This document shows positions 48,709 through 63,789 of a stretch of 64,000 nt of DNA, in pieces (position 1 is the stretch's first letter; each line of letters opens with the position of its first letter). The translations under genes were made by a program, and so were the position numbers. Source of the DNA: Euglena gracilis (Eukaryota); NCBI GenBank assembly GCA_039621445.1, contig CP154954.1:27082123-27146122 (forward strand). Direction: 5' to 3'. The notes under the pieces are model-generated. The model did no database searches. It saw nothing but the letters and a program-made list of their open reading frames with translations, and was not told the DNA's origin.

Positions 48709-50649
48709 GTTATAGGAGCCGCCCCGGCGGCGCGAATGTCAGTAGGATTTGGGGGAGGGGCCCCGAATCCACAGACGAGCAGTTAACGCTATTGGGAAAA
48801 CTTTGAATAAAATTTTTTTCATGTATCTCAAATCGATCAGTTTCCGGACGGGAATACCCCGCTGCCGCCCGGAGGCTCAAATCGGCTCCGTACGGAAGGT
48901 CGCCCGCTGTCAGATATGCGATGCGCATTCCTACACTGCACACGCTAATATGTGAATTTGGTTCTAACTCGCTTTGTAGCGGGAGATAGGGCTCACATTC
49001 GAAAGACGGGCGGCCGCGAGAGACGGCGATGTATACCAAGGCATTTTTGAATCGTACAATCAATTGTGCAGTCAGTCATAAGGTGGGAAGTGGGATGGAT
49101 GTTGTCACCCCCACAATTGGTCAACTTTGTATGGATGTTTGAAATGTTTGCCCCTGTTTCATTTTGTGCCCTTTCTGATGTTTCAGAGGATGAGCCACCA
49201 TTCATTTTTTTTTTGGTTTGCTTAAATCAAAATTGCTCATTTTAGGACTTTCTTCAGGGGGTGATGTCTTCAATGGAGGTTGTCATTTTGATGCATCAAC
49301 CCCTCCCAAAACGGCACCTCCAGGCTCTGGCTAGGGTGTCTAACTGCAATGGGGGGGGAATATGGAGGGGTTCGTGAAATATTGGAAAACATTTGGGTGC
49401 TTTTCGACCTTTTATGCATTTTTGGAGAGTTCCATCCGCCAAACTTGAAAAAAGACTCCGAATCGGGCCATTTTGGAGGTTTTTGCAGCCCGGTCAAAAG
49501 GAAGCTTTTTTTTGGGACGCATGTCCATGGTTGGATTGAGGAATTCAGGATTACGGTTCAGGTTGACATTGAGGTTGAGGTTGAGGTTGAGGTTTTGCAG
49601 CCTCAATCCTTCCTATGTCACCTTTATGTCAAAATGCAAAGGAAAAGGACTCCTTGACAAAAAATTGTACAGGCAAATTAACTGGAATTTTTCAAATGTT
49701 GCGCAATTGTCATTTATCTCTGCGTTTAAAATCGCCAACCCGGCGACATTGAGGTTGAGGTTGTTTTGCCTCAACCTCAATCTAGCCTTGCCATGTCCAT
49801 TGGCCGGACGCAAATTGCAAGCACCCTCAGCCCCCCCCAAAGTGTTCCACCCCCAAGTGGCAACCGTTGGTTCACCCCCTCAAAGTGGCCACTTTCTTTC
49901 GGCGCCTTTGGCAAAATTTGCCCCCTCCCAAAGTTTCCCCTCCCCAAAGCGGTTTTCAAAGCCGTTTCGGGTCCCATGGTGCCTGGAGGGTGGCCATTAT
50001 GGGGGGGGATGAGGGTGGATGTCATCAGGGGGGTTTTGTACAATTAATGTAAATCAATTCTGCAGATCCCATGCCATTATGATTTGTAATTGAAGGATTT
50101 TTTTCATCAAGGAGTTTCATTTTGGAAGGCCCTTCGAATGGACAGGTGTGCTTGAATTGGCGTCTGTGGCAACTCACGCTTACACAAGGTTGCATAGTTG
50201 GCGTTTATTTTATAAAGAAGAAAACAAAACAACGTGTCGGTCCGTCCTTTTTTAAGACAGCCCACTTTCAGTTTGTCTCCTCCAGTTTGTCCAGTTTGAA
50301 AGGGAGTCAAAAAGTATCTCCTAGTAAGTAAGTAACTCAATTGTTGATGAAAATTCGACCCCCAAAAATGATCCCAACCCCCCCCCCCCCAAATTGGCGA
50401 TTCTCGGCAAATTTGGTCAAAATTGGCATTTTTCATGATGGTTGGTGGGTGTCAAAAAATTGCAAAAAAAATCAGTTTTTGGGTGGATTGTGGCCGAAAA
50501 ATTGTCCCTGGCGGATTTCATTTCTTCCCCAAGGGGGGGGGTTTAATTTTCCCCAACAACAACAAGTTACAGTAACAAATTACAGGTCCCGGTTTGATTG
50601 GTCGGCCCGAGGGGGGGTGTTATAAGTGGGGGGGTTTACTTTTGGAAGG

Positions 50650-52495
50650 AGGGGCAGCCCAGCTGAAAATGTGGGGCCACCCGTATTTTTGGGGGGCACT
50701 GCCCCCCCCCTCCATCTGGGCCAGCACTTTTTCTCGGCAGCCCAGGTGAAAGTGAAAATAAAGGGCCACGATCCACAGTTTTGGAGGGCAGCCCCCCCCC
50801 AACATCTCGGCCACACTCTGTTCTTTTTTGGGGGGGCAGCCCAGCTGTTTGTTGTTTTTCAAAAAGCAACCAAAGTCATCAAGAGTCTTGGAAAAATTTC
50901 TTGAAAAGTATTTTTTTTGGGATAAAACTGCTGGATATTCCTAATTTTGGTGCCAAAATCCAAATTTTCATGTGGTAAAAACCCAAGTTTACTTCAATTC
51001 CAAAAAAAAATTCAAAAATCTTAACTTTAGGTATTTGCCCCAACAATGCCCTCAAGAGGATTTTAAAAAACGACAGTTTCAAAAATGGAAAATGTCCATG
51101 TGACCAAAAAATGTCTTTTTTTTGTTGATTTTGGAAAAAAATTTCTGAGGTTTTTTTGAAAAATTGGTGTTTTTCAACGGAAATGGCGTTTTTTTTGCAT
51201 TGTCCAAAAAGAGTGTTTTTTAAGGAATTTTTTAAAAATAATTTTTTTGAAAACAAAACAATGTCAACCCTGAGTCCCGCTCAGAAGGACACAATCCGTA
51301 TTTTTTTTTGGGCCCAGCTGAATATTTAGAGCCACGATCCGATCTTTTTTGGGGGGAGTAACTCAGTTGAACATTTAGGGCCACAATCTGTTTTTTTTGG
51401 GGCAGCTGAAAATTCGGCGCCACAATCCGTGCTTTTATCCCCCCCCCCAAAATTTGGACCACAATCTGTACTTTTTAAATCACCCCCTCCCGAAACATCT
51501 GGGCAACGGTCCCCCTACGTTTTTTTTGCGGTCAGCCCCCCCTCCCAAACATCAGGCCACGCTCCACGATTTTTGGGGACCCGGCTGAAAATTTCGGACC
51601 ACAATCTTTTTTTTGGTCAGCCCCCCCCCCAAAATATCTGGGCCTCAATCCATGCTGTTTTTGAGCAGCCCAGCTGAAAATTTGGGGCCACCATCCTACT
51701 TTTATTTTTGGGCAGCCCCGGCTGAAGATTTAGGGCCACGATCACGCATTTTTGGGGGGCAGCCCCCCTGAAATATCGGGGCCACGCTCCACAATTTGGG
51801 GGGGGGGGCAGCCCAGGTAAAAATTCAGGGCCATGATCTGTACTGTTTTTTTGGGCAGCCCAGCAAAAAAAAATTTGGGCCGCGATCGGTGCTTTTTGCC
51901 CCCCCCCCCAGAATACCCCCCCCCCTTTGAGCACACCCTCGGGCCAACGGACCCCCAAATGCTCAAATACCCCCCCCTGATTGTCCCTGGCCCCGGCCGA
52001 CGGAGGGTTTTTTTTGACCCGGCCAATGAAATTCCTTTGGTACGGTCTTATTGCCCCCCCCCCTTATTGTCCGATCGGGCCGGGATCGGGCAGGTCGGTG
52101 GGACAATAAGGGGTCAAAAATTCCTTTAGAAAGAGGGCAAAAAAATTTCGGCGCATGAAAAAAAAATTTCCCGGACCCAAATGCTCAATTAAGGGGGGGT
52201 CAAATAAAGGGGGGGTGGTTTCTGGATCCACACTGTTTTTGAGCATGAAAATTTAGGGCCAGCTTAAAATTTAGGGCGTTGCGGTTGCGAAAATTGCGGT
52301 TGGGAATTTTTGTTGTTTTTTGGGGTTTTGCGGGTGGCAAGTTTGTTGACCACCTCCCCCCCACCCCCGGCAGCCCAGAGCTGAATAGGGCCACAATTCA
52401 CAAATGAAAATTCATGGCAACAATCCGCACTTTTTTTGGGCAGCCCCCCTGAAATATGTGTGCCACAATCTGAACTGTTTTCGGGCAACCCAGCC
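50650..52495. repeat. Degenerate satellite GGGCAGCCCAGCTGAAAATTTGGGGCCACGATCC
   Basis: Many irregular copies, interrupted by AT-rich and MITE segments. Confidence 0.75.
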
Positions 52496-53669
52496 AAGGT
52501 TCCCGGGCTGTTTTAAACAAGTTGTTTTAAACAGGTTTTTTTCCCTATTTGTAGTGTTTTTTTTATTCTAAAAAAACACCCTTTTTACACCTAACGCCCG
52601 ATTCTTTTGCACTCCACACCGTATTTATTTGCACTTTTGGTCAATATTTTTGCATTTTATCTCAAAAATGTTTGCACTTTTCAAAAATTTGTTCGCACGT
52701 TATCTCAAAAATGTTTGGCACTTTATCTCAAAATATTTGCCTACGTTCCGAAAATTTTTGCACACGGATCGGGTGTTTTGCACTTTTGCCCCTGAGTCCG
52801 CGTCTTAGGTGCAGGGACTCAGGACAGGGTTTGCGTCTACGCCGCCGGACTTCAGGCATGAGGTCTGCGTCTTAAAACGCAGTCTCCGTCCAAAATGCTG
52901 CGTCTTGAATAATTATTTTGTTGACCCCCAAAACCGACCAAAATGGTTCAGAAAGCGGAAATGAATGGTTTGAAATGGAAATGTCATGCTGCAAAAGCCG
53001 ATTGACCTCAGAATTTGTCCCACTTCATTTTAACCTTTGACAAATGAGTTACATCGGTTCGTTTCAAGCCGTTTTGAGCTGTTTTTCGAATACAATTTGT
53101 TGTAAATGGACAATAAAACTCCAAGGCCAAGATGTGGTATTGAGAAAAATCAAAGACAGGAGTTCTTGGACATTTCCAAACACCAATTTCTGGTTCTGGA
53201 GTTGTGAAAAATCTTGACCATCACAAATGCACTGGATTCGTTGTTGAGAATTCATCTGCAAGCACCAGTGCATTTGAAAGGGTTTTTTTTCATTGTGCAA
53301 AAATAAAATGACGGAGGGCAAATATTTTTTGAGCAAGTGCAAATATTTTTGGCGGCGCAGTGCAAAAAATTTTGACAGCTCTGGGCAAAATTTTTTGTGG
53401 GCGCTGGGCGAAAATTTTGACTGGATTGGGCAAATATTTTTTTCAGCCATGGGCAAACATTTCGGACGCTAGGTGTAAAAACAGAAAACCGTTTTTAAAC
53501 CTTTTTTTATTCATGAAAGTTTTTTTGCTTTGTTTTAAAACAAAAAAAACGGGAATGAAAATTTTGGGCCACGATCCGTGCTTTTTTGCCCCCCCCCCTG
53601 TGCCAGATCCATACTGTTTTCGAGCAGCCCAGCTGAAAAATCAGGGCCGAACAGTTTCTTTTGTGTTGG

Positions 53670-56230
53670 TTTTTTTTTTGCAGAATTACAGTTGGTTGCA
53701 CTTTTTGTTGCACCCCTGGGGTTTTGTTGGAACCTCCCTTGGGTTTCCCCAGATTTTCAGTTGGCTATTTTTTGTGTGACCACCCCCTTGGTTTTTTTCA
53801 GAACTCCTGGGTTTTTTTCAGATTTGTGGTTGGTGATTTTGTTGCCGGGACCCTCCCCCTGGGGTTTTTACAGAATCACCGTTGGTAAATTTTTGGACCC
53901 CCCAAGGTTTTTTCAGAATAACGGTTGGGGAGTTTTTGGTCCTGGGCTTTTTCAGAATCAAGGTTGGGAAATTTTTGACCCCTTCTGATTTTTCCAGATC
54001 TGTGGTAGGCAATTTTTTGTTGGCACCCCCCTGTGTTTTTTTTCTTCAGTATTACGGTTGGGAAATTTTGGTCAGACCCCCTGGGTTTTTTCAGATTTAC
54101 GGTTGGCAAATTTTGGGCACTTATCTGTCATGGTACGTCGGACCCCCCCCTTCCGGTTATGGTACGACGCCCTTTGGACGGTCAGAGACCCGTACGTTGG
54201 GATCCATGTCGGCCATTTGGGTGGTTTTTGTGGTTGTTTGGTTGTTTGATAGGGGTGGGGTCAGGGTTTGGTGACATGGCCCCGCCTCACCTTTCGCACA
54301 CACAAGAAAACCCAAAGGCGGCAGGGGGCACCCAAAACACAAATGGCATCACCATTGGGATTTGTGCCATGATGCCAAAAATTGCCACATTTTGTCGGGG
54401 GCGTTCCCCATGACCCCCCATGACAGAGGGGGTGCAACAGAAATTTATCGACCGTGATTCTGAAAAACCTAGAGGGGGTCCAACAAAAATTTGTCAACCA
54501 TGATTCTGAAAAAACAAAGGGGTCCAACAAAAAATTGCCACTGAAAAACCTGTGGGCATCCAACACAATTTGCCAACGGGTATTCCAACAGAAATGTGTT
54601 AAGAAAAAACCTGGGGGTCACACTTCTGGGTTCCAACAGGCTTTTATGCTGAAAGAATCCCAGGGGGGTCCAACAAAGTTTGCCAACCCCAGGTGCAACT
54701 AAAATTGGTTCTCATTACTTTGGGTAATGGTGCTATTTTTTGTGTAGGGTTATTGGGAGGAATGGGGTTTGGGTTTGGAGTTGTGTCTTGGTGAAGTTTC
54801 AGCCTTTTTTCGAATTGGGCCAAATTTAGAGGTAAATTGCACTGTTTCTCCATGTTCAGAATGAGAAATCCCCTTTCTGGGGGCAGGAGGGTCGGCGGTC
54901 TTCATCTTTCTTCGCAACGAAATTCACCAACCGCAATTCTGAAAAAAACGGGGGGGGGGCAAAAATTTACCATCTTTTTGCATTCTGCAGAATAAGAGTT
55001 GAAGGAATTTTTGGTCCCCCCCCCCAGGTTTTCCAGATTTACTGTTAAAAAGTTTTTGTCGGACCCCTCTGGGTTTTTTTCAAAATTACGGTTGACAATA
55101 TTTTGTTGGAGCCCAGATTTTTGTTGTTTGTTGGAGCCCAGATTTACGGTTGCCCGATTTTGGTCGGACCCGCCTGGGTTTTTTTCAGAATTGCAGTTGA
55201 CAATTTTTTTGTTGGAACCCCCGTTGGCAAATTTTGAACCCCACTGGGTTTTTTCCAGAATTGTTGTTTTTTTTTCAGAATTACGGTTGGTAAATTTCAG
55301 TTGCACCCCCTGGGTTTTCTCAGTAGTTTGGTGTTTGGCTCTGGTTTTTTTCATAATCACGTAAATTTTTTGTTGGAGTTGGATTGCCGTCCTGGGTTGG
55401 CAAGCGTTGGACCCCCTGGTGTTTTTTCAGAATTGCTTTTGGCAAATTTTTGTTGCAACCCCATTGGTTTTTTCACAATGTGGTTGATTGATAAATTTTT
55501 GTTGGACCCCTACTGGGTTTTTCAGAATCACAGTTGGTTTTTTTCAGAATTACGGCTGGTAAATTTTTGCTGCATCCCCTGGGGTTTCCTAGATTTTCGA
55601 CTGGCAATTTTTTCGACTCCTGGGATTTTTTCAGAATTATGGTTTGAAAATTTTTGTTGGACCCCCCCCCAATGTTTTTTCAGAATTACCACTGGCAAAA
55701 TTGTGTTGCCCCCTGGGTTTTTTGCACAAATGCGGTTGCAAAAACTTTGTTGGACCCCCCAACAGTTGGCATCGCCCACGGGTTTTCTTCAGAATTACGG
55801 CTGGCAAAAAGATATTGGACTCCTTGGGTTTTTTTTCAGACAGACCGTTCGCCATTTTTCGTTGGGAATCACGGCAGAGACCAATTTTCGTTGGGCCCCC
55901 CTATGTTCTTTCAGATTTCTGGTTGTAAAATTTTTGTTTGAATCCCCCTGGATTTTTTCAGATTTACGGTTGGCAATTGTTTTGGCACCTGAGTTTTTCA
56001 GAATTACCCTCACCCCCCCCTTCAAAGTGTCCCCCCCCCCCCAAAGTGGCCAAAAGCTTTTGCAAATTTTAGTTCCCCCCCCCAAAGTGGCCATTTTTCT
56101 TTGGTTCATTTGGCGCCGAAGGCCAAAATTTGACACCACCCCCCAAAGTATCCCCCCTCTCAGAGTGGCCTGGAGACCCCAATTTGAGGGAGGTTTTTGG
56201 TCTCCACTGTGTTTTCAGAATTACAGTTGG
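53670..56230. repeat. Degenerate satellite of about 45 bp, TTTTCAGAATTACGGTTGGCAAATTTTTGTTGGACCCCCTGGG, with an inverted block near 54430-54700
   Basis: Dozens of copies visible on both strands. Confidence 0.85.
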
Positions 56231-59200
56231 TTTTCAAGTTTTTAAGAAAGTTGCGTTGGTGCTTTCATTTTGATGCTTGGTTAGTTTGCACTTATTTTGG
56301 TTCTGCAGGTTCAATTGAGCAATTTTGAATGCTAGACATGCGGCGATTGTGTCCACCAGTGTTTATTGCATTTCATTGTTGCTTTAACTTGCTTTAACTT
56401 GCTTTAACTTTTTTGTTTTGATTCTCAATGTGCCAAAAAGAGAAACAGCAGTACAAAAACATAAACAACAGCAAAAAAAAATAGGATCAAACGTTTTTCT
56501 CGTTGGGATTGATCATTTTTCATTTTTCATGCGCATTTTTGCATTCGAAAAACCCGCCGAGGTTTTTTAGAATCAACTGTTAAAAAATAACACATCGGAA
56601 ATGTCAGGCTTATTAATCACCTTCCTGAAAATACCCCACCAAAGGGTCCCGCTGTTCGAGAAATCGAAAAAAGTTTCCCATTGAAACAAAAACGCATCTA
56701 GAGTCCCAATTCTTTGGAAGTACCTTTCCCTGAAGTTTCCACCTTTCACAAATACTTTCGATGAATTCGTCCACCTCAAAACCCACACCTGGCCCACACC
56801 AATGCCAATGTCAAGAACCACACCAGAAAGAAAGGGCCAAACAAAACCTTTGAATCCCCACACCCTCCGCACATAAGTGCTAGATTTTAATCAAAAATCG
56901 CCCGCTTTGGATCTTTCTCTTTTTAAATTCAACGGCTTCCAAAGCAAAAAGTTAATCCAAACAATGAATCGGATATTGCCGGTTTTTAAGTCGCCGACAG
57001 GAGGGGCCTTAGCTGGCCGGAAACAGGACACATCAAAAACGAAACAAAAAGCGCCAAGTGAGGCCGTGTGCCGGCTTTTTGAACGCAAATGTTTTTTGGG
57101 GTGGAAGGCCGCCGTAATGTCGCAGGCCAAGCTCATCACGCGTTCCGATGCAGCAGCCTTCCCCCCTCTCGGCCATCCCTTGGGGATTTCTGAAAGGCCC
57201 TTGAAAAAGCAGCCAAAAAATAGCGGGCGGACGGCCCCTCTCCGAGGGGGAGCTGCGAAAATAGTGGAGCTTTCCCACGGCTCTGCTGTGTCAGTCCATT
57301 TGAGGGGGAAATTCCTTTTTTTTTGGAACGGTGGATATCAAAAAACAGAAACCAAACCGCCCACTTCGGCAGCGTGGGAACAATAGAGATCCCTAGGATA
57401 TTACTGTGTTGAATCAAAAATAAAGATGTGGGCCCTCCCCCTCTCGGTCGGCGCTTTAGTATGCGGTTTTTGGGTCCTGCCAAAATCAGCTGATAAACCA
57501 ACGCCACCTCAACCATCTGCAAAAACTCCTTTCCGGTTTCCATATAAGGCAACACTTCAAAGCACTTTGTTGACGGTAACATTGCAACAGCTAAAACTTC
57601 GGAATTGTTCACAAACGGTTTCTTCGGCAACGTCGTTTTCACGTGCGCACGAATCTTTGGGCCACTCTCTGAATGTTTTGGAGGAGGGAAGCCTTGCTGA
57701 AAATGTGAGCCCTGGTTGGTTGGTGTTTTAGGTGCCGCCCGGGTAGTGTTATTGGGGCTTGGGGGGGCGCCTGAATCCACGGGCGAGTAGCATCAAAAAA
57801 ATTACACCACCACCAAAATTTTCTATTCCACCATCAAAATTTTCCACACCACCATCAAAAAATATCACACCACCACAGAACGGGGGTGTAGTTGGGCAAA
57901 CAGATGCCCCACACAAAGGAAAAATATGTGATGTGAATTCTTAAACAAACCAGTCCGGCTCCGCACTGCGAGATGGTAAGGTCCTCACCATCGTCTTTTG
58001 CTTCGCCGTCTTGGTCCCTTCCTCCCCTTCCTCTGTCGTGGGACCCGGAGTACCCTGTGATATTTGAATTTGGGTACAACCCACTTTTTAGCAGGAGATG
58101 GGGTTCGCATTTGGAAGGCCGCAATTAACGGCGATGCAGAATAAAGACCAATCCAATGGTTTGTGGATAGACTTTTTTTTTCAATTCAGACCGACGCCGG
58201 ATCAAAAAGCCACTACTTTACTTGTTAAAGCGACCCATACTATACTAAGGAAAGGAGGGCCCAACACTAATCACACCTTCAGCTGAAAAGTCACCTTATG
58301 ATATGCTGTGGTATTTTGAATGTTTCGGAACTGGTACATTCAAAATGTAAGTGCAACACCATTTTAGCCTTTGGTCTGCAGATGTGTCATCAAAGTGTTT
58401 TTTTCATCAACATTGTTCCATCAAATTGTGAATTTCTTCCTCTCTACCATAATTCATCTCCTTCCAAGATCTCACATCACATTTGGAACACGAAGTGACT
58501 ATTCACTTTTTGATATTGTTGGAATCCGGGTGATGCATGGTTCCTTCGTCAGTGGGATTCAGAAAGAAGTTGAAGAAAGAAGCCGAAGAAATGAAAGCGA
58601 AGTGCTGAGATTCAGTGCAACAGCGAAACATTATGGAGGTGAAGTACTTGTACTTGTACTTATTTGTGACCAAAGCCTGTTTGTTTGGTTCCACTGCTCG
58701 TGTTTTGCAAATTTGGAAAGAAGGGTGAAATTCCCTGTGAGCAGTCTCTAGTCTCTGCACGACGTTTGTGAGAGTTTCACAAATTGAAATGCACAGTTGG
58801 GCAGCCCTGCCGTTTGCTTGATCTGATTCTCCAAACCGTTTCTAAACAGTAAAAAAAATGGTTCGAACCATTTTTTTTGTTGGATCAGAATATTTTTTTA
58901 TTTGTGTATTTCGAAAAATCTTCAACACTTTTTCTCAGTTTCCCCCCTCATCCTTTCTTTTTTAGGGTTTTTTCAAAGAAAACAGCAACACCAAAAACGA
59001 TGTTGAGGTTTTGGGTGACAACCTTCTTGAAGAATGGAAAGGAAAGTACACCTAACACCACCCCGTGAGATTTTGTTCACATTGTGGAGAGAAAAGCACC
59101 CGGCGCAAGTGGAAAACCACCAAAAAGTGGCCCAAAAATTTCTGGCAGAGTACTAAAACACCAGGGCAGCTGGAAAATGCTTGCCGTAGCGCGTGGAGCC

Positions 59201-61910
59201 GTAGGACACCACCCGGAAAACTGTCACGGCACTTTTGCATCCAACCGGATGACTTGAAAAACTTGAAAACCTTGAACAAACAAGGATGGTCTGCATAAAA
59301 CACGCTGCAAAGGCTTACAAAAAACAACCAACACCGGAAACTAAAATGGACACCTTGCCCACTGGCAGTGAGATGAGAGACATGAAGGCATCCTTTGAGA
59401 GGCTTGGGAGCTCCTACCGAGGCCTGTGGGCTGCATAAATCATGCCGCGAAGGATTGCTAAAAACAACCACCACCATAAACAAAGATTAGGCGCCTTTCC
59501 CAATGATGGTAAGATGAGATACACACAGGCCCCGTGCCGGTCCCACCCTTGCGCCTGTGGCGCAAGGGTGAGGGGCGGCACGGGGCCCATGCTTCTGCCG
59601 TCCCACCTTGATGCTTAACCCCTTTTTCCTACCCGTTCTTGAAACATTTTTTGTGTTTCTTCCCATCATTGGCGGAGTTTAGAGGCCTGTCAAGCGTTGA
59701 GCATCACGCGTTACACCAATCTTCAGAAATAGTTTATAAAGGTTTATGGAAAGAAAAACTGCAAGTCCAAGTGATAATCTGGGTGAAGGATGATTTGGGT
59801 TTGCTAATTTGAGCGGGCTCTAAACAGCAAGTCAACCTTTACATTCATGCATTCAAGTAAAAGAAGCAAAAAAACTGTTTTCATCGATAAAACTGAAATA
59901 CATTGACAAAATTTTGAATTTCAACCTTCGGGCTCTTGTCGTTCTTTCTTACTATAGTCATAGGTTACATCCCGGCGTCAAATCAGTAAACTTTGAGGGA
60001 AAAGTTGGGTGTGAATCTTTTCAGATACATTTTTGGAATGGGAAATGTCTCCTTCGGAGAGGCTCACACCAGTTCCGCACGGAAGATCGGCCCATCAGAT
60101 ATTGTAAATTTTTCCCGGCTTGTTTGTTTGTCGTTCTATTGTTTGGGCTGACATTCGGTACACGGGCGGCCGCGAACGACAGCGTGGCCATGGTCCATTA
60201 GTTTGAGAATATTTCTCCTTTGCTAAACCTTTTCTGCAATTAAAATAAAGGCACAATTGAATGGACAATTTGTTTTGCTGGTTGAAACAGAGGAATGTTG
60301 GGTTTGCACTTTGACCTCATTCTGTGTTGACATTCGAAGGTATGATCCCTGATGTTGGTCCTGTTTTGCTCTTTTGCGGTGTTTGTAAACTCCCGAGAAA
60401 CTTTTGTTGTCATGTGCTTTTGAATGCAGCTTTTGCAGCTTTTTGTTTTTGTCATGCGGGTACGTAATCATACCAAATCACCTCCTTATAATTGCATTTA
60501 TTGTATTCTTCTGTGTTTTTCAACTTCTCTGTCAAATCCCCAGCGAGAAACCAAGCAACAACGCCATCACAATATATGCACTATTCACTACAACTTTCAA
60601 TGAAAAGACGTTGGAGGAACATGAATATGGTGGAGAGGAAGGAGGAGCAACGATGCACATTACGTCATTTGAAAGTGTTGGATTTTTTGTAACATAGCCC
60701 CGATTTGTGTCAATTGCCTTGCTTGCACTTCACCAGTTTGGGCTGTGATAAACAAATGAAATTCATTGTGAACCTGATTTACGTCGTTTTTTTGGAAAAT
60801 TACTGCAAAATTGATTTTAACACGAGTTGCAGGTCACACACACATGCTCTTTTGTTTGGTTTGTTTATCCAAACATTAAATGTTACATAATCTTGCTCTT
60901 TGTTCTTTTCGCAAAAATAATGTTGAGAAAACATTTCTCACTTGGCAAAAGTGTTCTTTTGTTTTCTCCCACCAAAAGGGAACCATTTCGTTCTCCTCTT
61001 TTTTTTTGGACAGAATGGGAAAAAATTGGCCCTAAAAGGGTAAGGTATGGTTCGGTTGCACGCTTGGGGAGAAACATTCAACTCCTTAATGGTTTGTCAT
61101 CGCACTACTAAAATGTTTTCCTCACACACGTGTATTTTCCTAAATGGTCTAGATTTTCAAAAGGAGGTATCTCGGGGCTGGAGGTTAAAGGTTCGAAATC
61201 CTGCTGGCAAATTGGGCAGACCATAAGGAATTCTTTGACAACTCCTCACCACAACTGCAAGTGTCCACAACCAATGTCTAAAACCTGCAGGCACATCTTG
61301 TGAGCCTCAGGCGTGTGTTGATATCGTTTGTTGGAAGTAGCGGATCACCATGAGGAGGCTTGGAGGCTTGGGATCCTGAAGTTATGTTGCGGAATTTAGC
61401 AAAAATGGCGGATCCTGAAGCCCACGCCCAGAAAGTACTCCCCGCAACGGGTACACCAAAGAAAGATGAGCAAAAACAAGTTGTGGGCATTTGAAGGAGC
61501 CTCACGTCAAAGAGCAATTGTTGGGGTGGCCCCCAAAAAGTGTTGTGGATACCTGGATACCCCGCACAATGAAGGTATGATGAGAGGCACGATAGTCCCT
61601 GCCCCTCCACCTACACATGTGGAACTTGGCGCCTGCCTACCCATTTGCTTCTACTTTAGTAAACGGGTTGTTTTAGTTTTTGCTTTTGTTTGTTTTGACG
61701 TAAATTTTCTCCCAAATTTCTGTTTTTTTAGCAACTTTTAAAGAACGTTCGGAGATGCTGTAAAGTCAACACTACACTGATTCAAAACAAAATCAGTGAT
61801 ATCGCCGAATGATTCGTGTTCAAGAAGGTAGGGTAGATCCAATTATTCAAGTATTAATTTGAGTCTGTAAACTTTTCATACTCTTGTAGTCCGTTCCTAC
61901 TCTAGTTTAA

Positions 61911-62732
61911 AGCGGCGTTTTAGAGACGTCGGGTTCAGGACAGAACCGGCGTCCCCACCCTTTGGTCAAAGGACACTCCCAGGGACCAATCTCGACCACT
62001 TATCTGCAATGCCACGCCACTTTGCATTTCACCAAATTCCGGCGATCACGAGGGTATTTCTGGCTGTGTCAATCGTCCAAGTACAAACTCACCCCTCAAT
62101 CGAAAGCTCTTTTCATCAGACGACTGGCGATCACCACCAAATTCAGCCACGCTGCCTGGATCTCTTATTTTCTGTCACTGGGAAATCCTAATTTCACAAC
62201 TCTGGTGCCCCTTGGACCCCTCAGGTGTTCGATTCGAAGAGAAAAAACGTTTCTGTAAGGTTTATTCAGCATCTCAAACCAAAAATAACTGAAAATTACC
62301 ACAAATTTCGACTAAGATTCTGGCCGATCCGACGATCGCGAGCGTATCTCGGGCTGCGTGCAATGTTAGGGTACCAAGTTACCCCTCGATCGAAAGCTCT
62401 TTTCAACAGACGACCAGAGGTGCTCATCAGATCTTTCCACGCTGCACGGTACTCTATATCCAAATCTGAGCCAATTTTCACCAAATTTGGATATCCACCC
62501 CAGTGGTCCCTAGATGGAAAAATTCATTGTCCTAGATGGTTGAAACAGTCATACCAGCACCTTAGGGCCACTTTTGGGCACTTTTGGTGACATTTTTAGG
62601 AATGTAAACCGGACGCCGGGCTTTGGACAAAACCGGCGTTCCTAACGCCGGGCTTTAGGACAGAACCGGCGTCCGGAAAACCCGTGGGGGGGACGCCGGT
62701 TCTGTCCTGAACCCGGCGTCTCAAACGCCGGT
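61911..62732. mobile_element. TIR element flanked by TTAA (Kolobok- or piggyBac-type target)
   Basis: TTAA|AGCGGCGTTT...GGGTTCAGGACAGAACCGGCGTCCCC is inverted at the right end|TTAA. Confidence 0.75.
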
Positions 62733-63789
62733 TTAAAGCTTTTCTCAGCACAGGCCAGAGTGCAGAAGCCCCCCCCCCCTTCCAACACCATTTTTACAAC
62801 CCTGGCCTGCCAGCACCCTTAATCCCAGATGTGGCACTGGCATCACCATCATTCCTCCACTGTGCTTTTATGCTTGCATTCTCTTTTGACTCACAAAATC
62901 CCCCCCAAAGAGGGGAAAATTCAGCAAAAAACCCCCACCCACTAACACATGAGGATCATGAATCCCAGCCAGAGACAGCTACAAATGAAAAGAAGCCAGA
63001 TGCAGCCCAACAAAGGTCAACACCACTCCCCAACATCCCCCTGGAAGAGGGGGGGGCAGGCCACATTTCGAATTTTTAAAACTCCAACAAGCCCACCATG
63101 TTTGATGGCACACAGTGGGCAAAACTGGGCACAGTGATCCTGCAGGAAGAACCTTCCCCCTGTCATTGGGAAGACGCCCCACAGACAACATACTTCCCAG
63201 CCTCCTCAACCAACACCCCCCTGGAAGGGGTCCCAGTTAGGGGTAAGGTAACGGACCTGAAAATTCACACAAATTCACCCTTTTTGCGTAAGATTTCAGA
63301 GGCCATTTTCCAGCAAGTTTCAGTAAGGATTCAGAGTTTTTTGTCTGGGTGGGTTCCGGCTCACTTCTGAGCCTGGCGCCCTCACGGTGGTTAATATTCT
63401 ACACCCCAGAATCGTGATGACCCTTATCCCGGTATTAATGCTAAAGGCTAATGGGTTTGCGGCCTACAATTTTTTCAAAAACCGCCTCACGAAGGGGGTG
63501 GAGCTTATTCAAAACCCCAAAATGCCCAACACCCAAAACGCAGGGGGTGTCGTCCCCGTGACCCCCCCTGTGACCCCCCCCCGTGACCCCCCCGTGACCC
63601 GGATTTGAACACCCCCCGATTTTGGGGTCCGCAAACGCACGTGCTTCAATCACAACTGCTTTCAGTATTTTTTTTTCAAATGTCGCGGAAGCCGGAAACA
63701 CTGAAGAGGAGGCCACTCCCCCCCCGTGCCCCCCCCCCCCCGTGACCCCCCCCGTGACCCCCCCGTGACCCGGCCCACCCCCGCAGAAC

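Noticed and set aside
53000-53270. FTTNCIRKTA on the minus strand as a YR HxxR-like motif
   Set aside because: No His, stops nearby and no other catalytic motif.
55301-56245. 314-aa ORF
   Set aside because: Lies in the 45-bp satellite and gives a repetitive translation.
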